This document shows, piece after piece, positions 1 through 10,600 of a stretch of 64,000 bases of DNA (its first letter is position 1; every line of letters starts with the position of its first letter). Made by a program: the position numbers and the translations under genes. Source of the stretch: Carpediemonas membranifera BICM (lineage: Eukaryota > Protista > Fornicata); NCBI GenBank assembly GCA_019828565.1, contig JAHDYR010000062.1, forward strand, positions 607,666 through 671,665, given 5' to 3'. The notes beneath the pieces were generated by a model that had not been told where the DNA came from, did no database searches, and saw only the letters and a list, made by a program, of their open reading frames with translations.

Positions 1-683
1 ACCGGGTCCGACACGACGCCACCGTAGCGCACCCCAATGGGGCCGGCACCGACACGCCACAGGTCGAGGTAGCTGTCGATGTCCCGCAGTGCTGTTTGAT
101 CAGCTATGGCGACAACTCGGATGGTGGTGCCCTCCAGAGAGGTGGGGCATGGGGTGGAGGCAAGCTTGGTCGTAGGGGCATGCCCTGACACCGTCCAGGC
201 CATATGATGCATTGATAGATCGCCCAGAGTGGTGCTAAGGACTTCTGCGGGGACACCACTGCTGAGAAATGCCCAGACGGCTGCGAACTTGGCCCCGAGT
301 CCGTACAGACCGGTGGTCTCGGCCTCAGGGTCAATGTCGTTCCCCTTTGTGCTGGTAAATAGTTTCCCGAGGAGAGAAGGCATTTCCTGCGCTGGAATAC
401 CGTGGCCGCTGTCTGAGATGGTCATGGTCACCAGCACGGGGTCACAGTGAAGGAAATCAACATGCGACGAGGATAATGGGGATGCTAGCAGGTTTTGAAT
501 TGCCTGCGATGTCTCATACTCGTCATGCTGCTCGATGTTGATCTCAATCATCTTGTTCTCGCATTCTGTTACGGCGTCTATAGCGTTCTCGAAGAGTTCT
601 CGGAATGAAAGGAAGAATGCGCTCCGAAGATCAGTAAAATGACTCAAAAACCATCGAAGCACAGTGTCTTGCGTTTGATTCAT
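1..683 (-). CDS. TOP6B: DNA topoisomerase VI subunit B-like GHKL ATPase (C-terminus runs off the left edge; absent from the ORF track)
   Basis: Manual translation from ATG 683: MNQTQDTVLRW...RELFENAIDA (N-box), ISDSGHGIP (G1), GKLFTSTK, TTGLYGLGAKFAAVWA (G2, cf. Top6B TRGxYGLG), EGTTIRV. No stop before position 1. Confidence 0.75.
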   Translation of the reverse strand, partial: MNQTQDTVLRWFLSHFTDLRSAFFLSFRELFENAIDAVTECENKMIEINIEQHDEYETSQAIQNLLASPLSSSHVDFLHCDPVLVTMTISDSGHGIPAQEMPSLLGKLFTSTKGNDIDPEAETTGLYGLGAKFAAVWAFLSSGVPAEVLSTTLGDLSMHHMAWTVSGHAPTTKLASTPCPTSLEGTTIRVVAIADQTALRDIDSYLDLWRVGAGPIGVRYGGVVSDP

Positions 684-869
684 CGTGCACACAAGTTTCC
701 GGTTTCCGCCCACATATGACATAACCTGCACCTGTAAAATAAGCGCCGAAGAACGGCAGAGCGTGGCAAGACGCGCTGATACTGACGTCGATCGTCTGCT
801 TTGAGTCATTTGATGTAGATTCTCGACTTCTCCAATTCTATCCGGACACGAGAAACGAAGGCCAGTAAC

Positions 870-3800
870 ATGGTTACTTCGGGTCATGAGGCAACTTCAA
901 CCGTGGTTGATGCAATTACAGTCATCGATGAACTAGACTTCAAGTGTTTGAACCCGAGTGGCATCCGCAGCGCACAGAGCAGCCTTCAACGCGTCGAAAA
1001 CTATCTTACGACCGAGAAGGTCACGGCTACACCTGAGATTCACGATCGCCTTGCGGATATATACTCTCGGTATAAGATGCTTGTCGATCGGCTTGCCACT
1101 GATGCCTCATCTCCGCAGCTCACCTCATCCCCGAAGCACCAGCCTGTCCTGGAGCTCTCTGAGTTCGCCTCCAACCAGCTCCTCGCCATACACCTAGCTC
1201 TCGACGTTTCTGCATGCGCTGTTACACTCGCAGACCTCTGTTTCCGCGAGGAGCTCGCCTCGAGTGTCCCCGACGACCTGTGCCACCTCGCTGTGCTTGT
1301 TTTCAGGCACGCACTCACTACCGTGCTTGCCCCTAGTACTAACAAGGATGTGTCTACCTCAAACGCCGTCATTGCAGGTGTCTCATCCCGTGTTGCGCTC
1401 CTCCTTCTCGGCCTTGCCAAAGTCACCCCGGGGATGTCGGAGAGCACCACAGAGACGCTCGCATATAACCTTATGTCAAAGGACACCCTGTTCAGAGGCG
1501 ATGCACCCCTAGCCGACGCCTCCTTCGCCGCCGTCAAGACACTGTGCAGTTTAAGGGAGCATGTACCGACGTTCTCCCTCGAGGACATGGCCCAGCAGCT
1601 GGCACACCAGGTTCCAATGATCGCCCAGGGCACTAAGAAGGGCTCTATCACCCTCCTGCCCCAGGTCAAGGTCCGTCCGCTGTCGTTCCTCGCCCTCGAG
1701 TTGTACACGGCTTCACCGCCCGACACAACCCCCGATACCATCCATGCCCACGTCAAGGAGGTCAACCGGTGTCTCCACACAGTTGTCATGGCGGGCCTCG
1801 CCCATCGGTCCCTCGTGCTCGAGCTGTGCGAGGACCTCGAGGCCATCGTGCTCGTCGGCCCCAGCTTCCCCGGCGCCATTGATGCGCTATCCTGTATCAT
1901 CCAGACGTGTCACGCTGTGGTGAACGCCGCGCTGCAGGGCAAGACTCTCCCCATGGAATCTGGAGACGTGAAGGATGCCCTCAAGACGGCCGTCAGCGCC
2001 ATCAGTCGGGTCGCCCTGTTCATCTGCAGCCAGGGCCCCTCCCTCGATGCTCTCCAGCCGCCCCGCGAGGTTTCAGACGGCACACAGTCCCAGGTGATGG
2101 AGGGGCAGCAGTGCGTCTGCGGCCAGTGGGTCGACACGGACGAGGAGGCCTCCCAGAGTCGACTGAGCATCGTCTGCGATAGATGCGGCCGGCCGATGCA
2201 CGCTGCATGCGTCAAGGCGGGTCAGCCCCCTGTCGCCTGCCTCTACTGCTACCTAGAGGAGCACGACCTCACACCCACCCTGGCCCCATGCGCTGCATTC
2301 ACCGACACGGCCGTCAATGCCGCACGGTCTGTGAGGTACCTCGCCCTTCGAATGAGGCACTGCCAACCCGCCCACTCTGGCGCCATCGAGTTACTGGCAG
2401 CGAGAGCTCTGGACGCGACGGTGCAGGGCGACAGGGAGGCGACCAACCCGAAGCTCGTGCCCCCCAGCGACGCATTTATATTCAGGGATGCCCGCCAGTG
2501 CTCCACATTCAGCCGCAGCCAGGCCTCCCAGCCGGTCGAGGCCCCAACTCCCTTCACCATGACGAAGATGCTTCACAGCGTAGCATGGCGCCACTACCTC
2601 GCAACCCATCCTCTCTTCGCCCGCCAGACCCCCAAGCTAGCTGAGACCCTCCAGAAGCTGCTGCAGCCCTCACGCCAGGACAGCGCCGTGGGCAAGGCGA
2701 CAATCCGCATCGATGTGTTCCGAACCATTAAGGTGATGATCCAGACGGGCATCGCGGGCCAGAGCCAAGACCTCATCCTCATCCTCAACGAATGTCTGAG
2801 AGACGCCGCCGCCACGATCCGGGAGGCCGCGCTCGACCTCATCAGCACACTCGACCTCGGGTTCGTCAACCAGACGGTGTCCATCTCCAACCTGCTCTTC
2901 GATCTGCTGGTGACGGACAAGGCAATCAGCGTCAGGAGGTCTGCCTTCAGCATCGCAGCCAGGGTGGTCAGGGAGCTCCCCAACGAGATGGGCACGTACA
3001 GCCTCATGAACACCCTCCTGACCCACACTACTGACGACGAGGGCGTCCAGCGCCAGCAGCTCATTGAGATCGGCGGCCTCCTCCTCGACGGACCTGATAC
3101 GCCCGTGGCCGTCCTCGAGGTCCTTCAGCGAACCCTCGCTGTGGTCAAACGAGGCTCAGACGACCAGCTCTCGTGGAAGCCCATGGCGACATCCATGTCG
3201 CGTGCCCTCGACCGCTTCCCCAAGACTAAGCGGGAGAGCCCCCATGCCGCGCTAGACAGGATGGTGCGCTGGGCATGCGAGGTCATCGAGGCGTCTTGCG
3301 TCACCAATCCAGACGCCGAGGTCTTCATCGGCAAGGAGACTGAGCTTGTCGGCATCAACCAAAGTGTGGTGGGCAGCCTAGGCATCCTCTATCTGGTATC
3401 GCTGGTCCACCCCGAGTCCGTTCTCCCCGCCGTCGACACCGTGGCCGCCATCATCGCGCCAAAGGACCCCCTCAGCGACGACAAGAGGGCCACGTTCAAG
3501 CGGGTCGACACCCTCCTCGGTCACGCCAGGACTGTCGCACTAGCCATCGCCGCCACCATCGCTCCCACCATCAACTCGCTGGACCAGTCGGGCGATCTCC
3601 TGGACACCCTCACCACACAGGCTCTTCTGCTGTCCGACAGCTGCGCCAGTAGCCTGCTTTACGCTGTCAGCGAGTTCTTCGCCGCCGTCATCCCGCTCCC
3701 CACGGCCCCAGTAGCGGCCCGCCTGTTTTGGCACCGGAACTACATCCACTTCCGTCAGCGGGGCCCTAACCTGCACGGCAACATGCTTGGCATGCGATAC

Positions 3801-5177
3801 CTGTTCCTGGCCTCCCTCCCCTTCGTGTACGCCCCGATTCACCGTTTCCTCGCCCCCACTGAGCTCACAGGAGACGACGAGGCTTCGTTTGACGCGCTTG
3901 ACGACCTCCCCGAGGACAACGGCGACTTCCCGGTGCACCTCGCCCGCCTCATCCTCGACTGCCTGGACACACCCGACCTGACCCGCGGTGAGATCATCAA
4001 CATTCACAGGGCCTTGGCAGCTGTCTCCTTTGCTCTCCCCCCGCAGCACGCCGTTGTCAACCAGGCACGTGGTATCGCGCTGCAGTCCAAGAATGTGGCA
4101 GACGCTTACCCATGGATCAGGGCGTTCTCCATTTACCTTCGAACCTACCGTGCCCGTTTCCTCAGCGGCGGGTCTACCGAGGCTGACAACGATGCCGCCC
4201 ACATGCAGGTCGACATCTACGCCTCCCACCTTCCCCGCCTGTGCCGCGTGGTCGACAACAACGTCCGCCGCGAGGCCATCGTGTCCCTGGTGGAGGCGAC
4301 TCTCCTCGGAGACGTCTTCCCCAGAGTCGCCTTCCCCTCCCTCGCCGTGGCCGAGTCCGATGCTAACATCGCCATCAACGGGCCCGCCAAGGCAGCTGTG
4401 ACTTATCTCCTCGAGAAGCATTCGGAAGAATGTCTCCGGCAATTCCCCAAGGCGTGCCTTATCGCGATCTCGACTCCAACAGCCAACTTCAACCTGTTGT
4501 ACAAGCGGTGTCGGCCCACCGCCAACACTATCGCCGCCATTAAGGAGCGGAGAGCGATGCTGCTGTCCTGCCTAAGGGTACCGATGGTAAGCGGCATCGA
4601 CCCCAACGCCGCCGCCGTCTATGCGGGCAGGGTGTGTCGCGTGCTGTGTGCAATGCATCTGGAGACGACAGATGAGGTCCTCGTGTTGATTGATGCAGTC
4701 AATCGCGAGGTCATACCGGTGGTTGATGCCACCATATCTCCGATATTCAAGAGAGATTCAATCGACTGGTCAGATCCTGCTGTTGTCTCGCGTGTCAACA
4801 AGGTCATGTTCGCGGGCTTCCTTCTGTTGCTCCAAAGAATGCTCCGGGAGAAGTACCACATCACCAAAGAGAAGCTCGCCGCCTACGACCCGTCCGCTGA
4901 GAAGGCGACGGCGGCCAAGCTCGGCATGGTTGACATGGCTCCTTTGACGGCATTCGGCGAGGTTATCAAGACTGGTGATATCTCGGCGATCGGCACGAGG
5001 GTCCATGAGATCCTCAACGCCGATGACAACGTCTACCTCTCGGCCGTGTTCAAGAAGCAGAAGCAGACGAAGGCTCGGGCTAAAACTGCGATGAAGCGGA
5101 AGGCCGTCGAGAGGGTGCAGCCCAAGAGAGGGAAGCGGGCCAATAACGGCGACAGCGACAGCGACTACGTGGAGTAG
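870..5177 (+). CDS. SCC2: Cohesin loader Scc2/NIPBL with an internal PHD finger
   Basis: 1435 aa. HEAT motifs LRDAAATIREAALDLI and DKAISVRRSAF, VFPRVAFPSLAVAESD (Scc2 VHPxxCxPxLIALETD-like), and Nipped-B C-terminal-like LLLQRMLREKYHITKEKLAAYDPS. C4HC3 finger at 2112-2249. Confidence 0.85.
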   Translation: MVTSGHEATSTVVDAITVIDELDFKCLNPSGIRSAQSSLQRVENYLTTEKVTATPEIHDRLADIYSRYKMLVDRLATDASSPQLTSSPKHQPVLELSEFASNQLLAIHLALDVSACAVTLADLCFREELASSVPDDLCHLAVLVFRHALTTVLAPSTNKDVSTSNAVIAGVSSRVALLLLGLAKVTPGMSESTTETLAYNLMSKDTLFRGDAPLADASFAAVKTLCSLREHVPTFSLEDMAQQLAHQVPMIAQGTKKGSITLLPQVKVRPLSFLALELYTASPPDTTPDTIHAHVKEVNRCLHTVVMAGLAHRSLVLELCEDLEAIVLVGPSFPGAIDALSCIIQTCHAVVNAALQGKTLPMESGDVKDALKTAVSAISRVALFICSQGPSLDALQPPREVSDGTQSQVMEGQQCVCGQWVDTDEEASQSRLSIVCDRCGRPMHAACVKAGQPPVACLYCYLEEHDLTPTLAPCAAFTDTAVNAARSVRYLALRMRHCQPAHSGAIELLAARALDATVQGDREATNPKLVPPSDAFIFRDARQCSTFSRSQASQPVEAPTPFTMTKMLHSVAWRHYLATHPLFARQTPKLAETLQKLLQPSRQDSAVGKATIRIDVFRTIKVMIQTGIAGQSQDLILILNECLRDAAATIREAALDLISTLDLGFVNQTVSISNLLFDLLVTDKAISVRRSAFSIAARVVRELPNEMGTYSLMNTLLTHTTDDEGVQRQQLIEIGGLLLDGPDTPVAVLEVLQRTLAVVKRGSDDQLSWKPMATSMSRALDRFPKTKRESPHAALDRMVRWACEVIEASCVTNPDAEVFIGKETELVGINQSVVGSLGILYLVSLVHPESVLPAVDTVAAIIAPKDPLSDDKRATFKRVDTLLGHARTVALAIAATIAPTINSLDQSGDLLDTLTTQALLLSDSCASSLLYAVSEFFAAVIPLPTAPVAARLFWHRNYIHFRQRGPNLHGNMLGMRYLFLASLPFVYAPIHRFLAPTELTGDDEASFDALDDLPEDNGDFPVHLARLILDCLDTPDLTRGEIINIHRALAAVSFALPPQHAVVNQARGIALQSKNVADAYPWIRAFSIYLRTYRARFLSGGSTEADNDAAHMQVDIYASHLPRLCRVVDNNVRREAIVSLVEATLLGDVFPRVAFPSLAVAESDANIAINGPAKAAVTYLLEKHSEECLRQFPKACLIAISTPTANFNLLYKRCRPTANTIAAIKERRAMLLSCLRVPMVSGIDPNAAAVYAGRVCRVLCAMHLETTDEVLVLIDAVNREVIPVVDATISPIFKRDSIDWSDPAVVSRVNKVMFAGFLLLLQRMLREKYHITKEKLAAYDPSAEKATAAKLGMVDMAPLTAFGEVIKTGDISAIGTRVHEILNADDNVYLSAVFKKQKQTKARAKTAMKRKAVERVQPKRGKRANNGDSDSDYVE

Positions 5178-5229
5178 AGTTGTAAACATGTGTGTGCACT
5201 TCTATAAACATTTACGTGTCGCAACGGCC

Positions 5230-5931
5230 TTAGTTGACACGGGTGTGTGTCAGATGGGACAGAGCGCGTGTCGCACTGATCATGGTCTGCGAGAGCTTCT
5301 CATAGTACTTGCCGGCGGCAGTGACCATCAGCAGGCCAGAAAGGCGGAGGTGGATGTTGTGGAATATGACTCTGGTCTGGCTGGATCGGACGTATGTCGA
5401 GAGGTAGAAGTAGACCATCGCCATAAGACGAAGGAGAAGAGCAGGGAAGCCCACAGCCCCCTTGAAGAAGCGGAAGGTAAGTTCGAACGGGACAAGGAGC
5501 TCCAGGACGGCCATGACCCATGGGATGTAGGTGTCCATGACGGTGCGGACGGGGGTTGTGAAGGAAAGCCGGGCAACGGCTGGGAAGACACGGCATGCGA
5601 TGTCGACGATGTTGTAGAGCTGGAGAACAGATATGCTGATGAGGAAGGCGACGCTGACACCGCGGAGGAGGATGGCCATCATTGCGTACTGCATAGATCC
5701 GTCGAAAAAGATGGTCATGATCTCCAGTTGAGTCTTGGGGATCTTTGAGAAGGTCAGTAGAAGGCTGATGGCGAAGGAAATCACAGTGAATACGACGTGA
5801 GCCACGTGAATTGCGGGTTTCTCAGTTGTCTTCGTGACGATGATCAGGAAGATGAGAAGAGCGAGGGTGTTGGTCGCAAGAAGAACTTTGGGGAGGATCT
5901 CGGCTTTAATCTTAGCCATCTGCATCGCCAT
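5230..5931 (-). CDS. TMEM33/Pom33-family ER/nuclear-envelope membrane protein
   Basis: 233 aa, multiple hydrophobic segments. DGSMQY and C-terminal YLSTYVRSSQTRVIFHNIHLRL resemble the TMEM33/Pom33 family. Confidence 0.6.
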   Translation of the reverse strand: MAMQMAKIKAEILPKVLLATNTLALLIFLIIVTKTTEKPAIHVAHVVFTVISFAISLLLTFSKIPKTQLEIMTIFFDGSMQYAMMAILLRGVSVAFLISISVLQLYNIVDIACRVFPAVARLSFTTPVRTVMDTYIPWVMAVLELLVPFELTFRFFKGAVGFPALLLRLMAMVYFYLSTYVRSSQTRVIFHNIHLRLSGLLMVTAAGKYYEKLSQTMISATRALSHLTHTRVN

Positions 5932-5955
5932 GTGGTATTGTCGTGCGAGAAATTT

Positions 5956-6005
5956 TGTAGCACGACATAAACTGCATCCTGTCTTTTAGTTCACACAGTG
6001 CCACA
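5956..6005 (+). repeat. 5' LTR, family A (50 bp)
   Basis: tgtagcacgac...cagtgccaca, identical to 15204-15253. Confidence 0.95.
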
Positions 6006-6030
6006 GAAGCTTCTACAGCATCAAGAAAAC

Positions 6031-7576
6031 ATGGACAAGACTATTGAGCCGCCCAACACTGCGGATATCGCAAAATGGGCCGCTTGGGGCGATGCAATTC
6101 AGACGCAAGCCCAAACGAAGAAGAAACCCACGCCCCTGAGAGGACACCTCACTGGCGCTGGCGAGAAGGTTATACACACCATATATAGACCCAACGTGCC
6201 CTATATCACGCTCAAGGGCACCGAGCTGAAACATCAATCCGGTCCTCAGAAGTTCCTCCAACGGCTGGGTGACGAAATTGAGGAGTTCCTCTCCAAGCCT
6301 CTCACGACCACGTCAGCAGATACACGACACACTCAGTCACAAATAGAGAATCTACAGGCCCTCATCGCCATGTCGGAAGAGGACGAGACCCTCAAGGACG
6401 AAGTGGGACCCATGAAGGCGGAACTCAGAACCCTACGGATGGAGCTCCGTCAGAAGCTCAAGACCGCCAACGCCTCCTCCTCCACTAACACGACTAATAT
6501 GACACTCTCCCAGGCCATCTGCAGACAAGTACAAAACTTCATGCAGTGGTTCCGCTTGAGTGCAAGCATTGGAGATGAGAAGTGCAAAGCCGCACTCAGG
6601 GCACTGTCCCGCCCTGGTCCACGCAGGACGCGCCAGGAGGCGCTCTCAGCAATCCTCACCTACCTGGCCGAGTTCGAGCGACTTTATACGCTCCTATACC
6701 CTCCTGACGACTCAGATGAGACACCACAACTATCCACGGACTTGTGCATCGAGATCAAAACGATCCTTGTCCACGCCATGGATCACCTCGACGCCAGGAG
6801 CCTGGAGCAGCTCCTAGGCACGTCCGATCATCGCATCCACAGGGCGAGTGAAAGCGTCAGCACCCTCATCAACGCCATGCGCGATAACGCGATTCTCGCT
6901 AAGGAGAAGGCGGAGTTTATCGAGCCCCTATACACATTTGATCATGCCAGACCGACAGCCGCCGAGGCGAGGAAGCCCGGCCAGGGCCCAGTCCAGCCCG
7001 CTGGCTCGTCCGGCAAGTCATGCGCGTTCCACCTGAGCAAGACGCACACCACGGCGGACTGTACCGTCTGTAAGCAGCTGACCGACAAGACCGTCCAGAA
7101 CCCGGACGTTACCGATGCCCAGTTGCTCTCTCATTATGCCACCTGCCATAAGCACGGGAAGAAACCTTACGGCCCGGCCAAGGCGCTATTCGATAAGCGC
7201 AAGCTGAAGGAGCCGGCCTATGGGACTGCCGCCGCGACCGTCAAGCGTGCCCCGCGGCCCGGCAAGGTTTCCTTCATCCCTGACGATCAAGTCGAGCCCC
7301 TCATGACCGACATGCCCGAGAGCACCATGGTCTATCAGGCTCTCATGCAAGCCGAATCCAAGGGCAAGGCCATCGTCGTGCGCCTGGACACGGCGAACGA
7401 GCAGTTCCCGATCCTCATGCGCCCCGACGCGGCGGAGTACCTTGGCCTTACAGTCACGCCCGAGCGCGGCGACGTCAATGGTTGGAAGGCTGTCCATGGA
7501 GAATACGTGGGCACCACACGCTTCACGCCGATCATCTCGCAGCCCTATTTCGACATACCCGTCCGCGCTGCCGAGC
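6031..7576 (+). CDS. Family A gag plus N-terminal half of aspartic protease (interrupted)
   Basis: ATG 25 nt after the LTR; Cys/His knuckle CAFHLSKTHTTADC; RLDTA protease-like motif. Joins in frame to 12235 (gag-c|cc-ctc = E-P-L) once the 7577-12234 insert is removed. Confidence 0.8.
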
Positions 7577-7686
7577 GACCTCGTTGACGTCCATGATCAT
7601 CTCCCATCTGCGCCACCTTGTTGCTGTCAGTGGAAGGCAGTTGTCTCTCAGCAGGCTCTCGGTGTGCTGTATGGATCTCCACAGGG
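7577..7686 (-). other. 110-bp captured fragment of DIRS-3 recombinase DNA (copy of 48837-48946)
   Basis: Reverse complement of the sequence directly downstream of the 3' LTR of the family B copy at 44286-48836. Confidence 0.9.
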
Positions 7687-10600
7687 TGTGCTGGGACGTT
7701 GAACGATTTACTTAAACTGCGGGGAAGAAGAGGGAGTGGACCGCGTCACATCCTGCCTCCCTAAGCTTGAGCTTATGCTTCTTGAGATAGTCGCGGGCAA
7801 CGGCAACGTGTCGCAGGTTGGAGGCCGGCTCCCACGTGGGCTCGTCATACCCGACCCACTGGGTCAGTAGTTCGAGCGTGCCGTTCTTACGGCGGTGCTT
7901 CTTGATATCTTCGACTTCGTACGACTGGTCGTCCGAGGCGGCCAGGGCCTTGAGGCGCTGAAGGCCGCTGCGTGTCTTGAAACGGATGAGCTGGTCCCGG
8001 TGGGCCACGAATGGCTCACCCTCGAACAGGTCTACGAGGCGGACTGCGTGGTTGTCTAGGATTGCGAGGATCTTAAAGGGGCCCTTGAAGCCGTGCAGCT
8101 TAGGTGTCTTGGTTCTGTTGAGAAGGGCCAGGTCACCCGCATGGAAGGGGGTGTCTTCGCGGTCGGCGTTGCGCTTACTCAGGCGCTTTTCGACGGTTGA
8201 CTTCTGTCTCTCGGCCGCCCTAGAGGCAAGCTTATCGAGATGGCCTCGAAGTTGTTTGACGTAGATGGCAGCCGTTGAAATAGGTGTGTCTGGTGTGGAG
8301 GCTGTGGCGTTGATGATCTTTGCGACGGTGGCGCTTGGGTCCATGTGGTCGCCGTACAGCATTGCGTGCGGGGTGATACCGGTCGCTGAGCAGATGGTGG
8401 TGTTGAGGAGGAGTTGAACGACAGGCAAGAGGGTGCTCCAATTGTCGAACTTGTCAAACTGCAGCGCCAGGCATCGCACCAGCTTCATCACTTCCGCGTT
8501 GCGGCGCTCTACTAGGCCGTTTGACTGCGGATGGTATGGAAGTGTGAACTGTTGGGTAATCTCGGCGTTCTCGAGGAGTGTCTGGACGATCTTGCCGGTG
8601 TACTCTGGGCCATTGTCTGACTTGACGAAGAGTGGGGTACCATGACGGGTGATGACCTGGGTCCAGATAGCGTTGGCGGCGGCGTCAGCCGTGTTCTCCT
8701 GAGTGGCTGCGAGCTCGGTGTAACGCGAGAACATGTCAACCATGACGGTTATGTAGCGTGCGCCGTATGCGTCAGAGGGGATCGGGCCAATTGTGTCTAC
8801 GGCGACAGTGTGGAAAGGTTTGTAAACTGCCGTCGTCTGCATCGTCGCTTCCGCAAAGTTCCGTAGGCGGGCCTTCTGACACTCGTCACACTCGGCTATG
8901 AACTCTTCGATGTCAGCCTCACAGCCTGACCAAGTGTATCCCTCTCGCTTGAGTCGGGACAAGGTGGCAGCGACGCCATGGTGGCCGCGATGGGCGATTG
9001 TCATGAGCTCCCGGCGGAGTGGTAAGCACTTCTCTTTCGGTATGACTACTAAGCCGTCCTTGCGGCGGAGGCCGTCAGCGTCCGGCGTGATGTTGCTGGT
9101 TGTCGGGTCCGTGCTCTGGTGTTTGGCGAGCTGTTCCGTGTACCGGGGTCTGTTGTGATTTTGAGCGCGGCAACGGGGACAGGGACGTGGCCACAACGGC
9201 TGAGGGCATCCGCAACGGTGTTATGTTGGCCTGGGACATGCTCAATGTCGAACCGGAAGTCTGCTAGGGTGAGTCTCCAACGATTAATCTTATCGTTCAT
9301 GGATGACTTATACAGCATATAGATGAGGTTGCTGTGGTCAGTGCGGAGCTTGAAGTGCTTGAGTCTGAGGAGCTGGGTCAAGCTGGGGTGCGTCAGGCAG
9401 AACACAATCGCGAAGAGCTCTTGTTCGCAGGTCGCCCAGCGTGACTGGGTTGCGTTAAAGGTGTGTGAGTAGTACGCTAAGACCTGAGTTGAGTCATCTT
9501 TCACTTGCCACAGCACACCGCCCGCTCCAACGTTCGAGGCGTCGGTCTCCAGGATCCAGTCGGCGGCTGGGTCTGGGTGGGCGATGTATAGGTCGTCTGT
9601 GAAGAGTGCCTTGAGCTCGATGAAGGCCTTCTCTCGCTCCTCCGTCCAGTCCCATGGACAGTCCTTCTGGAGGAGGTCGGTGAGAGGCTTCATAAGCTCA
9701 TGACGGTGATGTGTTGTAAACGAGGCGAGGAACTGAAACTGTCCCAGGACAGTTCGCAGCTCATGCACGTTGGTGGGGGAGGGAGGTCTCGCAAGGCCTG
9801 TGTGCGCTTGGGGTCCACATGTATGCCCTCCTGGTCGACTATGAAGCCAACCATGACGGCTCGCTTAGTCCCGAACACGCATTTCGGGGCGCTAAAGCGA
9901 AGGTTTGCGAGGTCTGCCTTCTCGAAGAGGGCCCTGAGGAGACGGAGGAAGTCATCGTCGTCCTTCGCGTAGAGGAAGATGTCGTCAATGTAAGGGTTGA
10001 TGCCCTTGTAGAGGTGGGGTGCTAAGAGCGTCTCTATCTCGCGTTGGAAATGGCTTGGGGCATTGCAGAGGCCAAAGGGCATGCGTTTGAACTCTTCATA
10101 AACGCCAGGCGCTGTGAAGGCTGTCTTGGGTGTGTCTTGGTGTGACATGGCGACCTGCCAGTAGCCTGACGTGAGGTCTAAGCAGGCGAAGCGGCCGCAG
10201 CCGGAGGCGAGGTGTAGTAGGTCACGCATGTTCGGGATGGGGTGGTGGTCGGGTACCGTCCAAGAGTTCAGCTTGGTGTAGTCTATGCAGAGGCGATAGG
10301 CTTCACCCTTAGCAACGAGTACGATTGGGCTGGCGTATGGGCCTTCTGAAGGCTGAGTGATGCCATCGAGGCGTAGCTTCTCGACGTAGGGTAGGAGCCA
10401 CTCGAGCTTGTCCGGGTGTATGTTCCGGGGTCGCATGCGGATGGGAGGAGCGTTCTCATAGAGCTTGATGCTCATAGGGGCGAATGAGCAAGGCTCCTTG
10501 GCGATGACCGGGTCAAAGAGGTGATCATACTGTCGGAGGATGGCGTGGAGCTCCGCTGTATGCTCTGGCGTGGATAGCTCTAAGACCTCGCATGCACTGC

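Noticed and set aside
6006-6030. Tf1-type self-priming PBS complementary to the LTR
   Set aside because: Only ~5-nt matches to the LTRs were found in any of the three families, too short to support it.
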